37,250 nucleotides of DNA. It comes from Candidatus Woesearchaeota archaeon (GTDB lineage: Archaea; Nanobdellota; Nanobdellia; SCGC-AAA011-G17; ARS1403). Below the pieces are notes generated by a model, which searched no databases, had not been told where the DNA came from, and saw nothing but the letters and a program-made list of their open reading frames with translations. Shown here piece by piece: positions 8,740-17,274 of this stretch; position 1 is the stretch's first letter, and every line of letters starts with the position of its first letter. The translations under genes and the position numbers were made by a program. The DNA lies in assembly GCA_964372845.1 (NCBI GenBank), contig CAYJRS010000001.1, positions 28,823-66,072 on the forward strand, given 5' to 3'.

Positions 8740-8799
8740 TTTCGAAAGGTATTTTAGTAAGATAGAGTTTTAACTATAAAAGGATTTTGGTAAAATAAA

Positions 8800-11700
8800 A
8801 TGGCGCTGTTTGTGAACAAAAAAGAAAAAGAATTCGATGTGGTCAATGAGGGAAGCGAGAGGGTTTTGAGATTAGATTATACAAAAAAAGCGATAATCCC
8901 CAGTATTGAAGACAGTGAAGAATGCATGCAGGATGTTATAAGCAAACTAGTTGAGGTTGCAGGAGTTAGCAGAATTGTGCTGGTGCAGCAGAGAAATTAT
9001 AATTACAGCTATAGCCAAGTTCAATTGCTGGTTGAGATTGCAAGATTGTATAATCATGTGATAAAGCAGAAAAAATTTTTAGTTCTGCCTGCAAATGAGC
9101 AGTATAAATATTTAGCCAGTAAGATAGGGATTGTTAGAAGCTTGATAAGGAGCTTGATAAGAGATCCTATTGGGGCCTATGTCGAGTTGAAAAGGATAAT
9201 CAGGGAAGAGAAAATTATTCTAAATAAATTAATCGACGAGCCTGACATCAAATCTTGCGAAATCTTGATTGAGATTTTAAATGAATTCTTTGAGATGCTG
9301 GATAAAATAAGGATAATAGAGATTGTGAAAAAAAGATTAGACGGGTATGAAGTAGGGAGCAGAGAGATTTACAGACAATTGTTTAGAGCTGAGATAACTC
9401 CAAATTTTATGTTTACCAGATTGATGTCGAGAGTTCCTGTTGATGGCGATGAAATAGACAGCTATAAGGTTGGGAATGCTGATGTAAATATTTTCTCTAT
9501 TCCTCAAGACATTAAATATTTATATCACTTAATGCCTCCTGAATTCAAACTTACCGAGGACAAACAAGAGCTGCTTGATATGGCGAGGAATGTTCTTATC
9601 GAGCATAAACCTAGGGCTGAGGAATTTATTGATCCTGAAAGGATGAGGATGACTTTTTTTAATATTGGAAGAGACTTAATGCAGGAGCTTGCCGACAGAC
9701 AAAATATTAAATTGAGCTTGAAAGAGCTTGAGGAATTAACTTCTATATTAGTAAGATACACAGTCGGTTTTGGATTGCTGGAAGTCTTGCTGCGGGATGA
9801 AAGAATTCAGGATATCACGATTAATGGTCCCATTGGCGTAACTCCAATTTTTATTGTGCATCAGAAATATGATGAATGCGTTACAAATATTATTCCAAGT
9901 GCCGAGGATGCTGAAAGCTGGGCGACAAAATTTAGGATCTTGAGTGGAAGACCATTGGACGAGGCTAATCCTATTTTGGATACTGAGTTGAGCGTTCCTG
10001 GTGCTAGAGCAAGGGTTGCTATCGTCGGAAGACCATTAAATCCTAAGGGTTTAGCCTATGCTTTTAGGAGACACAGAGATGAGCCTTGGACCTTGCCTTT
10101 GTTTATTGAGAATAGAATGATAAATCCGCTCGGAGCTGGGCTGATGAGCTTCATTGTCGACGGTGCAAGGACAATACTTGTAGCCGGGACGAGAAGTTCT
10201 GGAAAATGCGTTAAGGGAGATACTTTAATTCAATTAAGTGATGGAAACATTGTTCCTATAAACGAGATGATTAAAGGAAAAGAAGAAAAAGTTGACGGAA
10301 ACATTATTTATAGAGATGAAAATCCTCCTAAGATTGTTTCGCTAGAAAACTACAAATTAAAAAACAAGAAGTTAACTACTTATTGGAAGAGGAAAATCAA
10401 AGGCGAGAAATTAATTAAGATCAGAACTAAATCTGGAAGGGAGGTTGTAACGACTCAAGAACATCCTTATTTTACTTTCGATAGAGGAGTTAGATCTATA
10501 TTTGCTGCAAATTTAAAAGAAGGACAGTTTATCGCCGCACCGAGGAAAATTAATATCATCGGCAAAAATGCTAGAAAACAAAAAATTGATTTCAAAACTG
10601 CCGATCCTTTTTTTGAATACGACAACTACTATTTAATCGAAGGCATTACTAACTCTAGTCCTGTTAAGTTTCCTAAATACATGGACGAAAAATTAGCCGA
10701 ATTTCTTGGTTATTTATTAGGAGATGGGCACATCGATAAACATAAAATTGAGTTTACTAATTCTAATGAGTATTTAAGAGAAAGATTCAAGAAACTAATT
10801 TCTAATTTTGATATACCTTATAGGGAATTTAAAACGAGAAATACTTGGAATATTCAGATTACTTCTAGGTTGTTGAGCAGAGCTTTATCAAATACATTTG
10901 ATATTTATCTTGGAAAGAAGTCTAGTAAAATTAAAATCCCTAAAGAAATTTTGATGTCTGAAAGAAAGGTATTAGCTAGTTTTCTTAGAGCTTACTGGGA
11001 TTGTGACGGTTATATTCCTAAGGAAAAGAGAGACCTTGAAATTTGCACAAAGAGCGGGATGATGAGTAAGCAACTCCAAATGGTATTTTTACGATTTGGA
11101 ATCGTTTGTTTTTGCAAAAAGAAGATTATTGGCGGAGAGATATATTATCGAATCTTAATAAGGGGAGAATTTGTCAATAAATATGCTCAATTTATCGGAT
11201 TCAATCATCCCTGGAAATCAAAAAGATTAAAGGCTGTATTTGAAGAAGAATGGTTGGAGAATACCAATGTTGATATAATCCCTGATGGAGATTACTTTTT
11301 AAAAGAATTAAGACGAAAATTAAGAATTACCCCCCGACAACATTTATTTAGTACAGGCAAAGACTATTGGGCATATGAAAATAAAGAATATAGGGTGAGC
11401 AGAAAATGGTTTAAAATCTTGATTAACTCTTACTTTGAAAGATATAAACAATTAGAAAAATTTTCTTCTAAAATTCGGGAATTAAATAAGTTTGTTTCAT
11501 TTTACGAAGATTATGATGACTCCATGGGCCTTTTTGATGATTTAAGGGCCTTGTTGAATATTTCTTACTCTCAACTGTCGTCGTACACTAATTTTACAGA
11601 TTCATGGCTAAGAGGATTGCTTAAGAAAAAGAGAATCGGCAGTCTTGAAGATTTGAACCGTATGAGAGATGCTTATGGCTTTATTAAAAATAAATTTGTT

Positions 11701-13191
11701 GGTTTAAGAAAATTTAGTGACGAAGATTTTGATGCTCATGATTTGAAAGATTTGGTTGCCTATACCAATTTAACTTATTCTGAAGTATCAAAAAATACCG
11801 GAATATCGGAAACTATGCTTAAGTATTACTCTTCTGGCAATGTTATGGTGCCTTTTAGCAAACAAGAACTTATTATAGATTATTTGAAAAAATTTAAAAT
11901 AGATTTGATAGAGAGATTAGAACGAAGCGAGAAACTTTTAAATAGATTAAGAGATAAATTCCTGGAAAACCTTGTTTCATATGTTGGTATCGGAATGATT
12001 CTTGGAGAACTTAGAAATGAACTTAATATACAAAATGAAGAATTTGCTAGTAATAATTTATCTATTGGAACAGTATCTAATTTTTTTAATTTTCGGTACA
12101 AAAATTCCAGCTTAACTACTCTATTTGAGATTGCTAGAAAGGTGATTGATATTTATAATGAGGGCATTTCTGATGAAACTAAAAAACTTTTAGACGAGTC
12201 TTTAAAATTAGCCAATTCCGATATCTTTTGGGATGAAGTGGTCGATATTGAGAAAGTCGATTCTGATGATGAATTTGTTTATGATTTAACTGTTCCCTGT
12301 ACGCATAATTTTATTGCCAATGGGGTAATTGCACATAATACCTCCTTTTTGGGATCCTTGCTTGTTGAGGTGATGAGAAAGTACCGATTGATTACTGTTG
12401 AAGACACAATGGAATTAAGTGTAGATGCTCTGAGAGAGTTAGGATACAATATTCAACCACTGAAAGTTAGAAGTGCACTTGCTGGAGGTGCTACTGAAGT
12501 AAGTGCTGAAGAAGGAATAAGAACTGCTTTAAGAATGGGAGATAGTGCCCTTATCGTCGGAGAAATTCGTTCACTGGAATCAAAAGCACTTTATGAAGCG
12601 ATGAGAATCGGTGCTTTAGCAAATGTTGTTGCTGGAACTATTCATGGAGATTCTCCGTATGGTGTTTATGACAGGGTTGTTAATGATTTAGGAGTTCCAA
12701 AAACAAGTTTTAAAGCAACCGACATAATTGTGATCTGCAATCCTGTTAAGAGTGCTGATGGATTGAGCAAGTGGAGAAGGATTGTGCAGATAACTGAGGT
12801 AAGAAAAAAATGGGAGGAAGATCCCTTAGCTGAGAATGGCTTCATTGACCTAATGAAATATGATGCTAAAACTGATTCTCTACAGGCAACTGACGATTTG
12901 ATTAATGGGAATAGCGAGGTAATCAAAAATATTGCAAGCAACATTCCCGAATGGGCAGGGCATTGGGATGCTGTCTGGGATAATATAATATTAAGAGCTA
13001 AGATGAAGGAGGCTTTGGTAAATTATTCTAAGTACAACAAAAATATTTTAGAAGCGAAGTTTGTAATTGCTGCGAATGACCATTATCATAGAGTTAGCGA
13101 GGGAGTTAAAAAAGAGATAGGTTATCTTGATCCTAAAAGGATTTATTTTGAATGGGAAGAGTGGCTGAAGAGAGCTGCTAAGAAGATTTGA
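8800..13191 (+). CDS. type II/IV secretion-family ATPase (FlaI/ArlI/PilB/VirB11-like), interrupted by an intein in the Walker A loop
   Basis: Walker A is split as VAGTRSSGK | intein | TSFLGSL. Downstream motifs are ITVEDTMEL, GDSALIVGEIR and GTIHG (His box). The mature protein would be 752 aa with a long N-terminal region. Confidence 0.9.
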   Translation: MALFVNKKEKEFDVVNEGSERVLRLDYTKKAIIPSIEDSEECMQDVISKLVEVAGVSRIVLVQQRNYNYSYSQVQLLVEIARLYNHVIKQKKFLVLPANEQYKYLASKIGIVRSLIRSLIRDPIGAYVELKRIIREEKIILNKLIDEPDIKSCEILIEILNEFFEMLDKIRIIEIVKKRLDGYEVGSREIYRQLFRAEITPNFMFTRLMSRVPVDGDEIDSYKVGNADVNIFSIPQDIKYLYHLMPPEFKLTEDKQELLDMARNVLIEHKPRAEEFIDPERMRMTFFNIGRDLMQELADRQNIKLSLKELEELTSILVRYTVGFGLLEVLLRDERIQDITINGPIGVTPIFIVHQKYDECVTNIIPSAEDAESWATKFRILSGRPLDEANPILDTELSVPGARARVAIVGRPLNPKGLAYAFRRHRDEPWTLPLFIENRMINPLGAGLMSFIVDGARTILVAGTRSSGKCVKGDTLIQLSDGNIVPINEMIKGKEEKVDGNIIYRDENPPKIVSLENYKLKNKKLTTYWKRKIKGEKLIKIRTKSGREVVTTQEHPYFTFDRGVRSIFAANLKEGQFIAAPRKINIIGKNARKQKIDFKTADPFFEYDNYYLIEGITNSSPVKFPKYMDEKLAEFLGYLLGDGHIDKHKIEFTNSNEYLRERFKKLISNFDIPYREFKTRNTWNIQITSRLLSRALSNTFDIYLGKKSSKIKIPKEILMSERKVLASFLRAYWDCDGYIPKEKRDLEICTKSGMMSKQLQMVFLRFGIVCFCKKKIIGGEIYYRILIRGEFVNKYAQFIGFNHPWKSKRLKAVFEEEWLENTNVDIIPDGDYFLKELRRKLRITPRQHLFSTGKDYWAYENKEYRVSRKWFKILINSYFERYKQLEKFSSKIRELNKFVSFYEDYDDSMGLFDDLRALLNISYSQLSSYTNFTDSWLRGLLKKKRIGSLEDLNRMRDAYGFIKNKFVGLRKFSDEDFDAHDLKDLVAYTNLTYSEVSKNTGISETMLKYYSSGNVMVPFSKQELIIDYLKKFKIDLIERLERSEKLLNRLRDKFLENLVSYVGIGMILGELRNELNIQNEEFASNNLSIGTVSNFFNFRYKNSSLTTLFEIARKVIDIYNEGISDETKKLLDESLKLANSDIFWDEVVDIEKVDSDDEFVYDLTVPCTHNFIANGVIAHNTSFLGSLLVEVMRKYRLITVEDTMELSVDALRELGYNIQPLKVRSALAGGATEVSAEEGIRTALRMGDSALIVGEIRSLESKALYEAMRIGALANVVAGTIHGDSPYGVYDRVVNDLGVPKTSFKATDIIVICNPVKSADGLSKWRRIVQITEVRKKWEEDPLAENGFIDLMKYDAKTDSLQATDDLINGNSEVIKNIASNIPEWAGHWDAVWDNIILRAKMKEALVNYSKYNKNILEAKFVIAANDHYHRVSEGVKKEIGYLDPKRIYFEWEEWLKRAAKKI
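10207..12339 (+). mobile_element. 711-aa LAGLIDADG intein inserted at GK|T of the ATPase P-loop
   Basis: Starts CVKGDTLIQLSDG, has block B TQEH and ends VIAHN followed by +1 Thr. The two LAGLIDADG motifs are FLGYLLGDGHID and LRAYWDCDGYIP. Coordinates were derived codon by codon from frame 8800. Confidence 0.85.
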
Positions 13192-13224
13192 TTTATTTAT
13201 TTTAAGTAGTTTGGTTATTTTACC

Positions 13225-13242
13225 TGTATAATTTATTATACA
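13225..13242. promoter_or_regulatory. 18-bp palindrome tgtataat-tt-attataca, copy 1 (putative operator)
   Basis: Perfect 8-bp inverted arms with a 2-bp spacer. An identical copy lies 40 bp downstream. Both sit in the 96-bp spacer upstream of the wHTH-MNT gene. Confidence 0.5.
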
Positions 13243-13264
13243 TTAGTCGGAAAATTTATATAGT

Positions 13265-13282
13265 TGTATAATTTATTATACA
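13265..13282. promoter_or_regulatory. 18-bp palindrome tgtataat-tt-attataca, copy 2 (putative operator)
   Basis: Exact repeat of 13225..13242. It lies between a TATA-like tttatata (13255..13262) and the ATG at 13288. Confidence 0.5.
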
Positions 13283-13287
13283 ATCGT

Positions 13288-13833
13288 ATGAATAATTATA
13301 CTAAGATTTTGGAAAAGATTTTTGAGAGGCCAGAGTATCATTTTCATATAAGGGAGTTGGCTAAGGAGACAAATTTGCATCCCAATACAGTTATCTCTAT
13401 TACTAACAAGCTTGAAAAAGAGGGGATTGTTAAGAAAAACAAGAGGAAAGTCGTTGTTGAAGTTTATTGCGATGTTGAATCTCAAATATATAAAAGGAAG
13501 AAACAAGTATTCAATCTTAATTCTCTCTATTCCAGCGGGCTGATAGACTTCCTGATAGATTTTTTTAATATGCCAAGAGCTATTGTTTTGATTGGTAGTT
13601 TTTTGAGGGGAGAAGATTTTTCTAAGAGCGATATTGATATTGCTGTAATTTTAAATAAAAAAGAAAAGCAAGATCTGCCAGATTTGAGAAAATATGAGAA
13701 GCTATTAAAGAGAAATATTCACTTGCTTGTTTTTGATCAGAAGAACCTTGCATTAGATATTAGCCGAGAGTTTTTGAATAACTTAATTAATGGCTTTATT
13801 TTATACGGGTATTTAGAATATGATAGATTTTGA
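13288..13833 (+). CDS. winged-HTH plus minimal nucleotidyltransferase (MNT) protein
   Basis: The N-terminal wHTH is HIRELAKETNLHPNTVISITNKLEKEGIVKK. The NTase motif is GSFLRGEDFSKSDIDIAVI. The ATG at 13288 is preferred to the track's TTG at 13264, which lies inside palindrome 2. Confidence 0.75.
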   Translation: MNNYTKILEKIFERPEYHFHIRELAKETNLHPNTVISITNKLEKEGIVKKNKRKVVVEVYCDVESQIYKRKKQVFNLNSLYSSGLIDFLIDFFNMPRAIVLIGSFLRGEDFSKSDIDIAVILNKKEKQDLPDLRKYEKLLKRNIHLLVFDQKNLALDISREFLNNLINGFILYGYLEYDRF

Positions 13834-14248
13834 GTACTATTTAGATAAAGGAGATGTGAAAAAAGCTAAGAAAGATATAGCCTTAGCCAAATCGCTTATG
13901 AATAATCTTTCAGAAAGAGAAAAAATGGTTTTAAAATATGATTTAAAAGATGCCTTGGTTATTTATGAAAACTTGTATGATTGTTTGCGAGAGATGTGTG
14001 ATGCCCTCTTAATTTTGGATGGATACAAATCTTATTCTCATCAGGCTTCTATAACTTATCTTAGGAAATATGGGTTCGATGAACTTTTTGTTAAGAAATT
14101 AGATAATCTTAGGTTTAAACGGAACTCATCAAAATACTACGGAAAAGGATTAACAGAAGATGATGCGAAAGAGATAAAAGAATTTTATTTAAAGTATAAA
14201 GGAAGACTGCTGAATATTTTAAAACAAAAAATGAAAGAGGCCTTATGA
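13820..14248 (+). CDS. HEPN-domain protein, partner of the MNT
   Basis: Helical 142-aa protein overlapping the MNT gene by 14 nt. The HEPN-like motif region is LRFKRNSSKYYG, with Tyr where Rx4-6H would have His. Confidence 0.65.
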   Translation: MIDFEYYLDKGDVKKAKKDIALAKSLMNNLSEREKMVLKYDLKDALVIYENLYDCLREMCDALLILDGYKSYSHQASITYLRKYGFDELFVKKLDNLRFKRNSSKYYGKGLTEDDAKEIKEFYLKYKGRLLNILKQKMKEAL

Positions 14249-16356
14249 GGAAAGATGTAGAAGACATTCTGGAGAAATATAAAAGAAAATTAGAAGAGAA
14301 ATTTGACGAGGGATTTTCTGGAGAATATAAAAAATTTAAAGAGGAGCAGATTGGAAAAGAATTAAGCTTTTATGAAAAAGCATGTAACTTTTGCAAGAAT
14401 ATTTTAGCTATTAAATCTAATGAGAAAAATAATGAGAAATTGTGGGAGAGTATACAAACTACGGGTTTAAAAATAACGCCTGAAGGGGTGATGAGTCTTG
14501 CTTTCTTTTCTGCTTTCGGGTTCATTTTAATCGGAGTCGCTATTTTTGTTTTGGGGTTGGTGATGGATAGTGTTCTTTTATTTTTTCCAATATTCTTTGT
14601 TGCCCTCGGAATTTTGTTTTTGAAGATCCTTTCTAATTATCCTAATCAAAAAGCGCTGAAGTGGAGAATTCAAGCTGAGAATCAAATGGTGCTGTGCATA
14701 TTATATGTTGTGATGTATATGAGGCACACTAGTAATCTAGAGCATGCCGTGAAGTTTGCAGCTCAGCACATTCAAGATCCTCTTTCTGGTGACTTGAAAA
14801 AAGTCTTTTGGAACATTGAGACTGGAAGATATAATACTGTGCAGGAATCTTTGGATGCTTACCTTGAGAATTGGAGAGGATACAATCTGGATTTTGTAAA
14901 TTCTTTTCACTTGATCGAGAGCAGCTTGTTTGAGCCGAAAGAGGAGAGAAGACTGGAAATTCTTGAAAGGGCTTTGACAAATATGCTCGATGGGACTTAT
15001 GAGAAGATGTTGCATTATGCACAAGAATTAAAATCTCCGATTACAACGCTGTACATGCTCGGAATAATTCTGCCTGTTTTGGGCTTGATAATGCTGCCGC
15101 TGATGGGGGGATTTTTGGGGATTAAATGGTATTGGATTGCATTCTTTTATAATTTGCTCCTTCCTGTGTTTGTGTACTTTGCTGGAAATAAACTGCTGAT
15201 CAAAAGACCTGCTGGCGAGGGAGAGAGCTTTTCTCTGCAAGAAGATTTATTTGAAAACTATAAATATTTGAAAATCGGAAATGCATTTGTTAATCCTGCT
15301 GTTCTGGCTCTGCCTTTATTTCTCATAATTTTAATCATTGGTTTCTCTCCCTTGTGGATGCATGCTTTGTTTCCTAATGATCTTTATTTGAATGGTGATT
15401 GGATTTTTGGATACAGAGACGACAGCGGACCTTTTGGTTTTGCTGCTCTAGTTTTGAGTCTTGCGATACCCCTCAGCTTTGCTATCGGGTTGGGGACTTA
15501 TTACAAATTAAAGAGCAGGAAACTTGTGAAGATTAGGGAAGATACGAGAGAATTGGAGAGAGAATTTGCTGGAAGCTTGTTTCAGCTTGGAAATAGAATA
15601 GAAGATGGTGTGCCGGTTGAGCTTGCTTTTTCTAAAGTTGCGGAGAATATGCAGGGAACGATGTCTGGAAAATTTTTTAGTATGGTGAGCAATAATTTAA
15701 GAAACTTGGGAATGGGTTTGAAAGAATCTATTTTTAATATTAAAAGAGGAGCAATCTTAAGTTTTCCTTCTAAGGTAATACAAAGCAGCATGGAAGTTCT
15801 GGTTGAAAGCGCGAGAAGGGGTCCTAAGATTGTTTCGCATGCGCTTATGAGCGTTAGTAATTATATGACGGCAATACACAAAGTGAATGAAAGGCTGAAA
15901 GATTTGCTTGCTGATGTCTTGAGCAGCATGAAGAGCCAGATTAATTTTATAACGCCTTTGATTGCTGGAATCGTCGTCGGCATTGGAAGTTTGATAACGA
16001 ATATTGTTGCTAATTTAGGTCCCTTACTTGGAGATGCTGGAAGTAGCGGAGGCGGTGTTGAAGGCTTTGGAGTCGATGCAGATCTCTTAACCGGGATTTT
16101 TCCTATTAAAGATTTAATCCCGCCATTTTATTTTCAGCTCATTGTCGGCTTATATTTGGTTCAGATAACTTATATACTAACTGTATTAGCTAATGGCGTT
16201 GAGAATGGGGTAGATAAACTTAATGAGGAGAATATGCTTGGTAAAAATTTATATAAAAGCATGCTGTTTTATATTCTTGTTACGCTGATAACGACTATAA
16301 TATTGACAGTGATGGCGAGAGGAGTGATCAATGTCGGGAGCGGAGGTGCAATTTGA
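14245..16356 (+). CDS. polytopic platform protein with two T2SSF-like (FlaJ/TadC/PilC) cytoplasmic domains
   Basis: Two helical soluble segments are each followed by TM clusters. The first is NQMVLCILYVVMYMRHTSNLEHAVKFAAQHIQDPLSGDLKKVFWNIETGRYNTVQESL. The second is FAGSLFQLGNRIEDGVPVELAFSKVAENMQGTMSGKFF. The start overlaps the HEPN stop (ATGA). Confidence 0.7.
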   Translation: MRKDVEDILEKYKRKLEEKFDEGFSGEYKKFKEEQIGKELSFYEKACNFCKNILAIKSNEKNNEKLWESIQTTGLKITPEGVMSLAFFSAFGFILIGVAIFVLGLVMDSVLLFFPIFFVALGILFLKILSNYPNQKALKWRIQAENQMVLCILYVVMYMRHTSNLEHAVKFAAQHIQDPLSGDLKKVFWNIETGRYNTVQESLDAYLENWRGYNLDFVNSFHLIESSLFEPKEERRLEILERALTNMLDGTYEKMLHYAQELKSPITTLYMLGIILPVLGLIMLPLMGGFLGIKWYWIAFFYNLLLPVFVYFAGNKLLIKRPAGEGESFSLQEDLFENYKYLKIGNAFVNPAVLALPLFLIILIIGFSPLWMHALFPNDLYLNGDWIFGYRDDSGPFGFAALVLSLAIPLSFAIGLGTYYKLKSRKLVKIREDTRELEREFAGSLFQLGNRIEDGVPVELAFSKVAENMQGTMSGKFFSMVSNNLRNLGMGLKESIFNIKRGAILSFPSKVIQSSMEVLVESARRGPKIVSHALMSVSNYMTAIHKVNERLKDLLADVLSSMKSQINFITPLIAGIVVGIGSLITNIVANLGPLLGDAGSSGGGVEGFGVDADLLTGIFPIKDLIPPFYFQLIVGLYLVQITYILTVLANGVENGVDKLNEENMLGKNLYKSMLFYILVTLITTIILTVMARGVINVGSGGAI

Positions 16357-16358
16357 AT

Positions 16359-16466
16359 ATGAATAAGAAAGGGATGATGGACAAGATTATTGTAATTGTT
16401 CTGATTTTGGTATTGGCAATATTATTATTTTTAATACTTGCAAAGGTGATGAAATTTGTTTTTTAA
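16359..16466 (+). CDS. 35-aa pilin-like micro-protein
   Basis: Not in the track. Manual translation gives MNKKGMMDKIIVIVLILVLAILLFLILAKVMKFVF*. It starts 2 nt after the platform gene stop and has the same MNKKG plus hydrophobic-helix N-terminus as the larger pilin-like genes. Confidence 0.45.
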   Translation: MNKKGMMDKIIVIVLILVLAILLFLILAKVMKFVF

Positions 16467-17115
16467 TAGAAGAGGAATTGCTATGGAAAATTTAGTTACT
16501 ATCGTCCTTATTGTTGCCGGGGCGATCATTATAATTCTTGCTATGACTGGACTTTTTAAGCAGGTAGTTTTCTGGAATGTTCTCTGTAAAAGCACTGTTT
16601 ACTTGTCAGACCAAGTTTTGGGCTTTGTTGATCCTATATGCAAAACACAGTATAAAGAATTTAAAGATAAAGAGGATCTTGCTGAAAGCATGGCGACTGC
16701 ATGGAATGTTTTTGGCGAGGGAAATTTAAATCCTAGTGGCACAAATTGGTTTAAGTGGAACGAGTTGAGATGCTTCAAATATTATAGAGGTGATGTTAAG
16801 GAAGAACTGATAGGGGTTACTGGAGGAGAATTTCAGAGATATTTAGTTGATACTAAGGGGAAAAATGCAAAGAAAAGTTACTGGAATTATTTTAATAAAG
16901 GCGAGGTTGATTTTAAAAGAGTGATTGTAGGCTTTGATAAGCTGGAGGAGGGAGACCTTATTGCTATACTTTATTTTGAAGAGGTTGAAAGCGCTGCATT
17001 GAATCCATCTTCATGGGTATATAATCTTCTTGAAGCTTTGCTCGGAGACATCGAGGATAGAATCGTTGTTGTTAAGGATAATCCCGGAGTGCAAGTTAAT
17101 TGCGTCGAAATATGA
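16456..17115 (+). CDS. pilin-like secreted protein (4 Cys)
   Basis: A TTG start gives MFFNRRGIAMENLVTIVLIVAGAIIIIL, an RRG plus hydrophobic helix. An alternative ATG lies at 16483. Confidence 0.5.
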   Translation: MFFNRRGIAMENLVTIVLIVAGAIIIILAMTGLFKQVVFWNVLCKSTVYLSDQVLGFVDPICKTQYKEFKDKEDLAESMATAWNVFGEGNLNPSGTNWFKWNELRCFKYYRGDVKEELIGVTGGEFQRYLVDTKGKNAKKSYWNYFNKGEVDFKRVIVGFDKLEEGDLIAILYFEEVESAALNPSSWVYNLLEALLGDIEDRIVVVKDNPGVQVNCVEI

Positions 17116-17126
17116 TGAGGCATGAT

Positions 17127-17273
17127 ATGAAAAAGGGAATGTTTGCTTTGGGCGAGACTACTAAATTGATTTTGATTTTGATAGCGCTGGTGCTCTTGAT
17201 TTTTTTTATTTACTTTTTGAGAGATAAGATAACAGATTATGTTGAATTCATTTCAGATTTTTTGAATCCGTAA
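17127..17273 (+). CDS. 48-aa pilin-like micro-protein
   Basis: Not in the track. Manual translation gives MKKGMFALGETTKLILILIALVLLIFFIYFLRDKITDYVEFISDFLNP*. The next gene starts 1 nt after its stop. Confidence 0.45.
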   Translation: MKKGMFALGETTKLILILIALVLLIFFIYFLRDKITDYVEFISDFLNP

Positions 17274-17274
17274 A

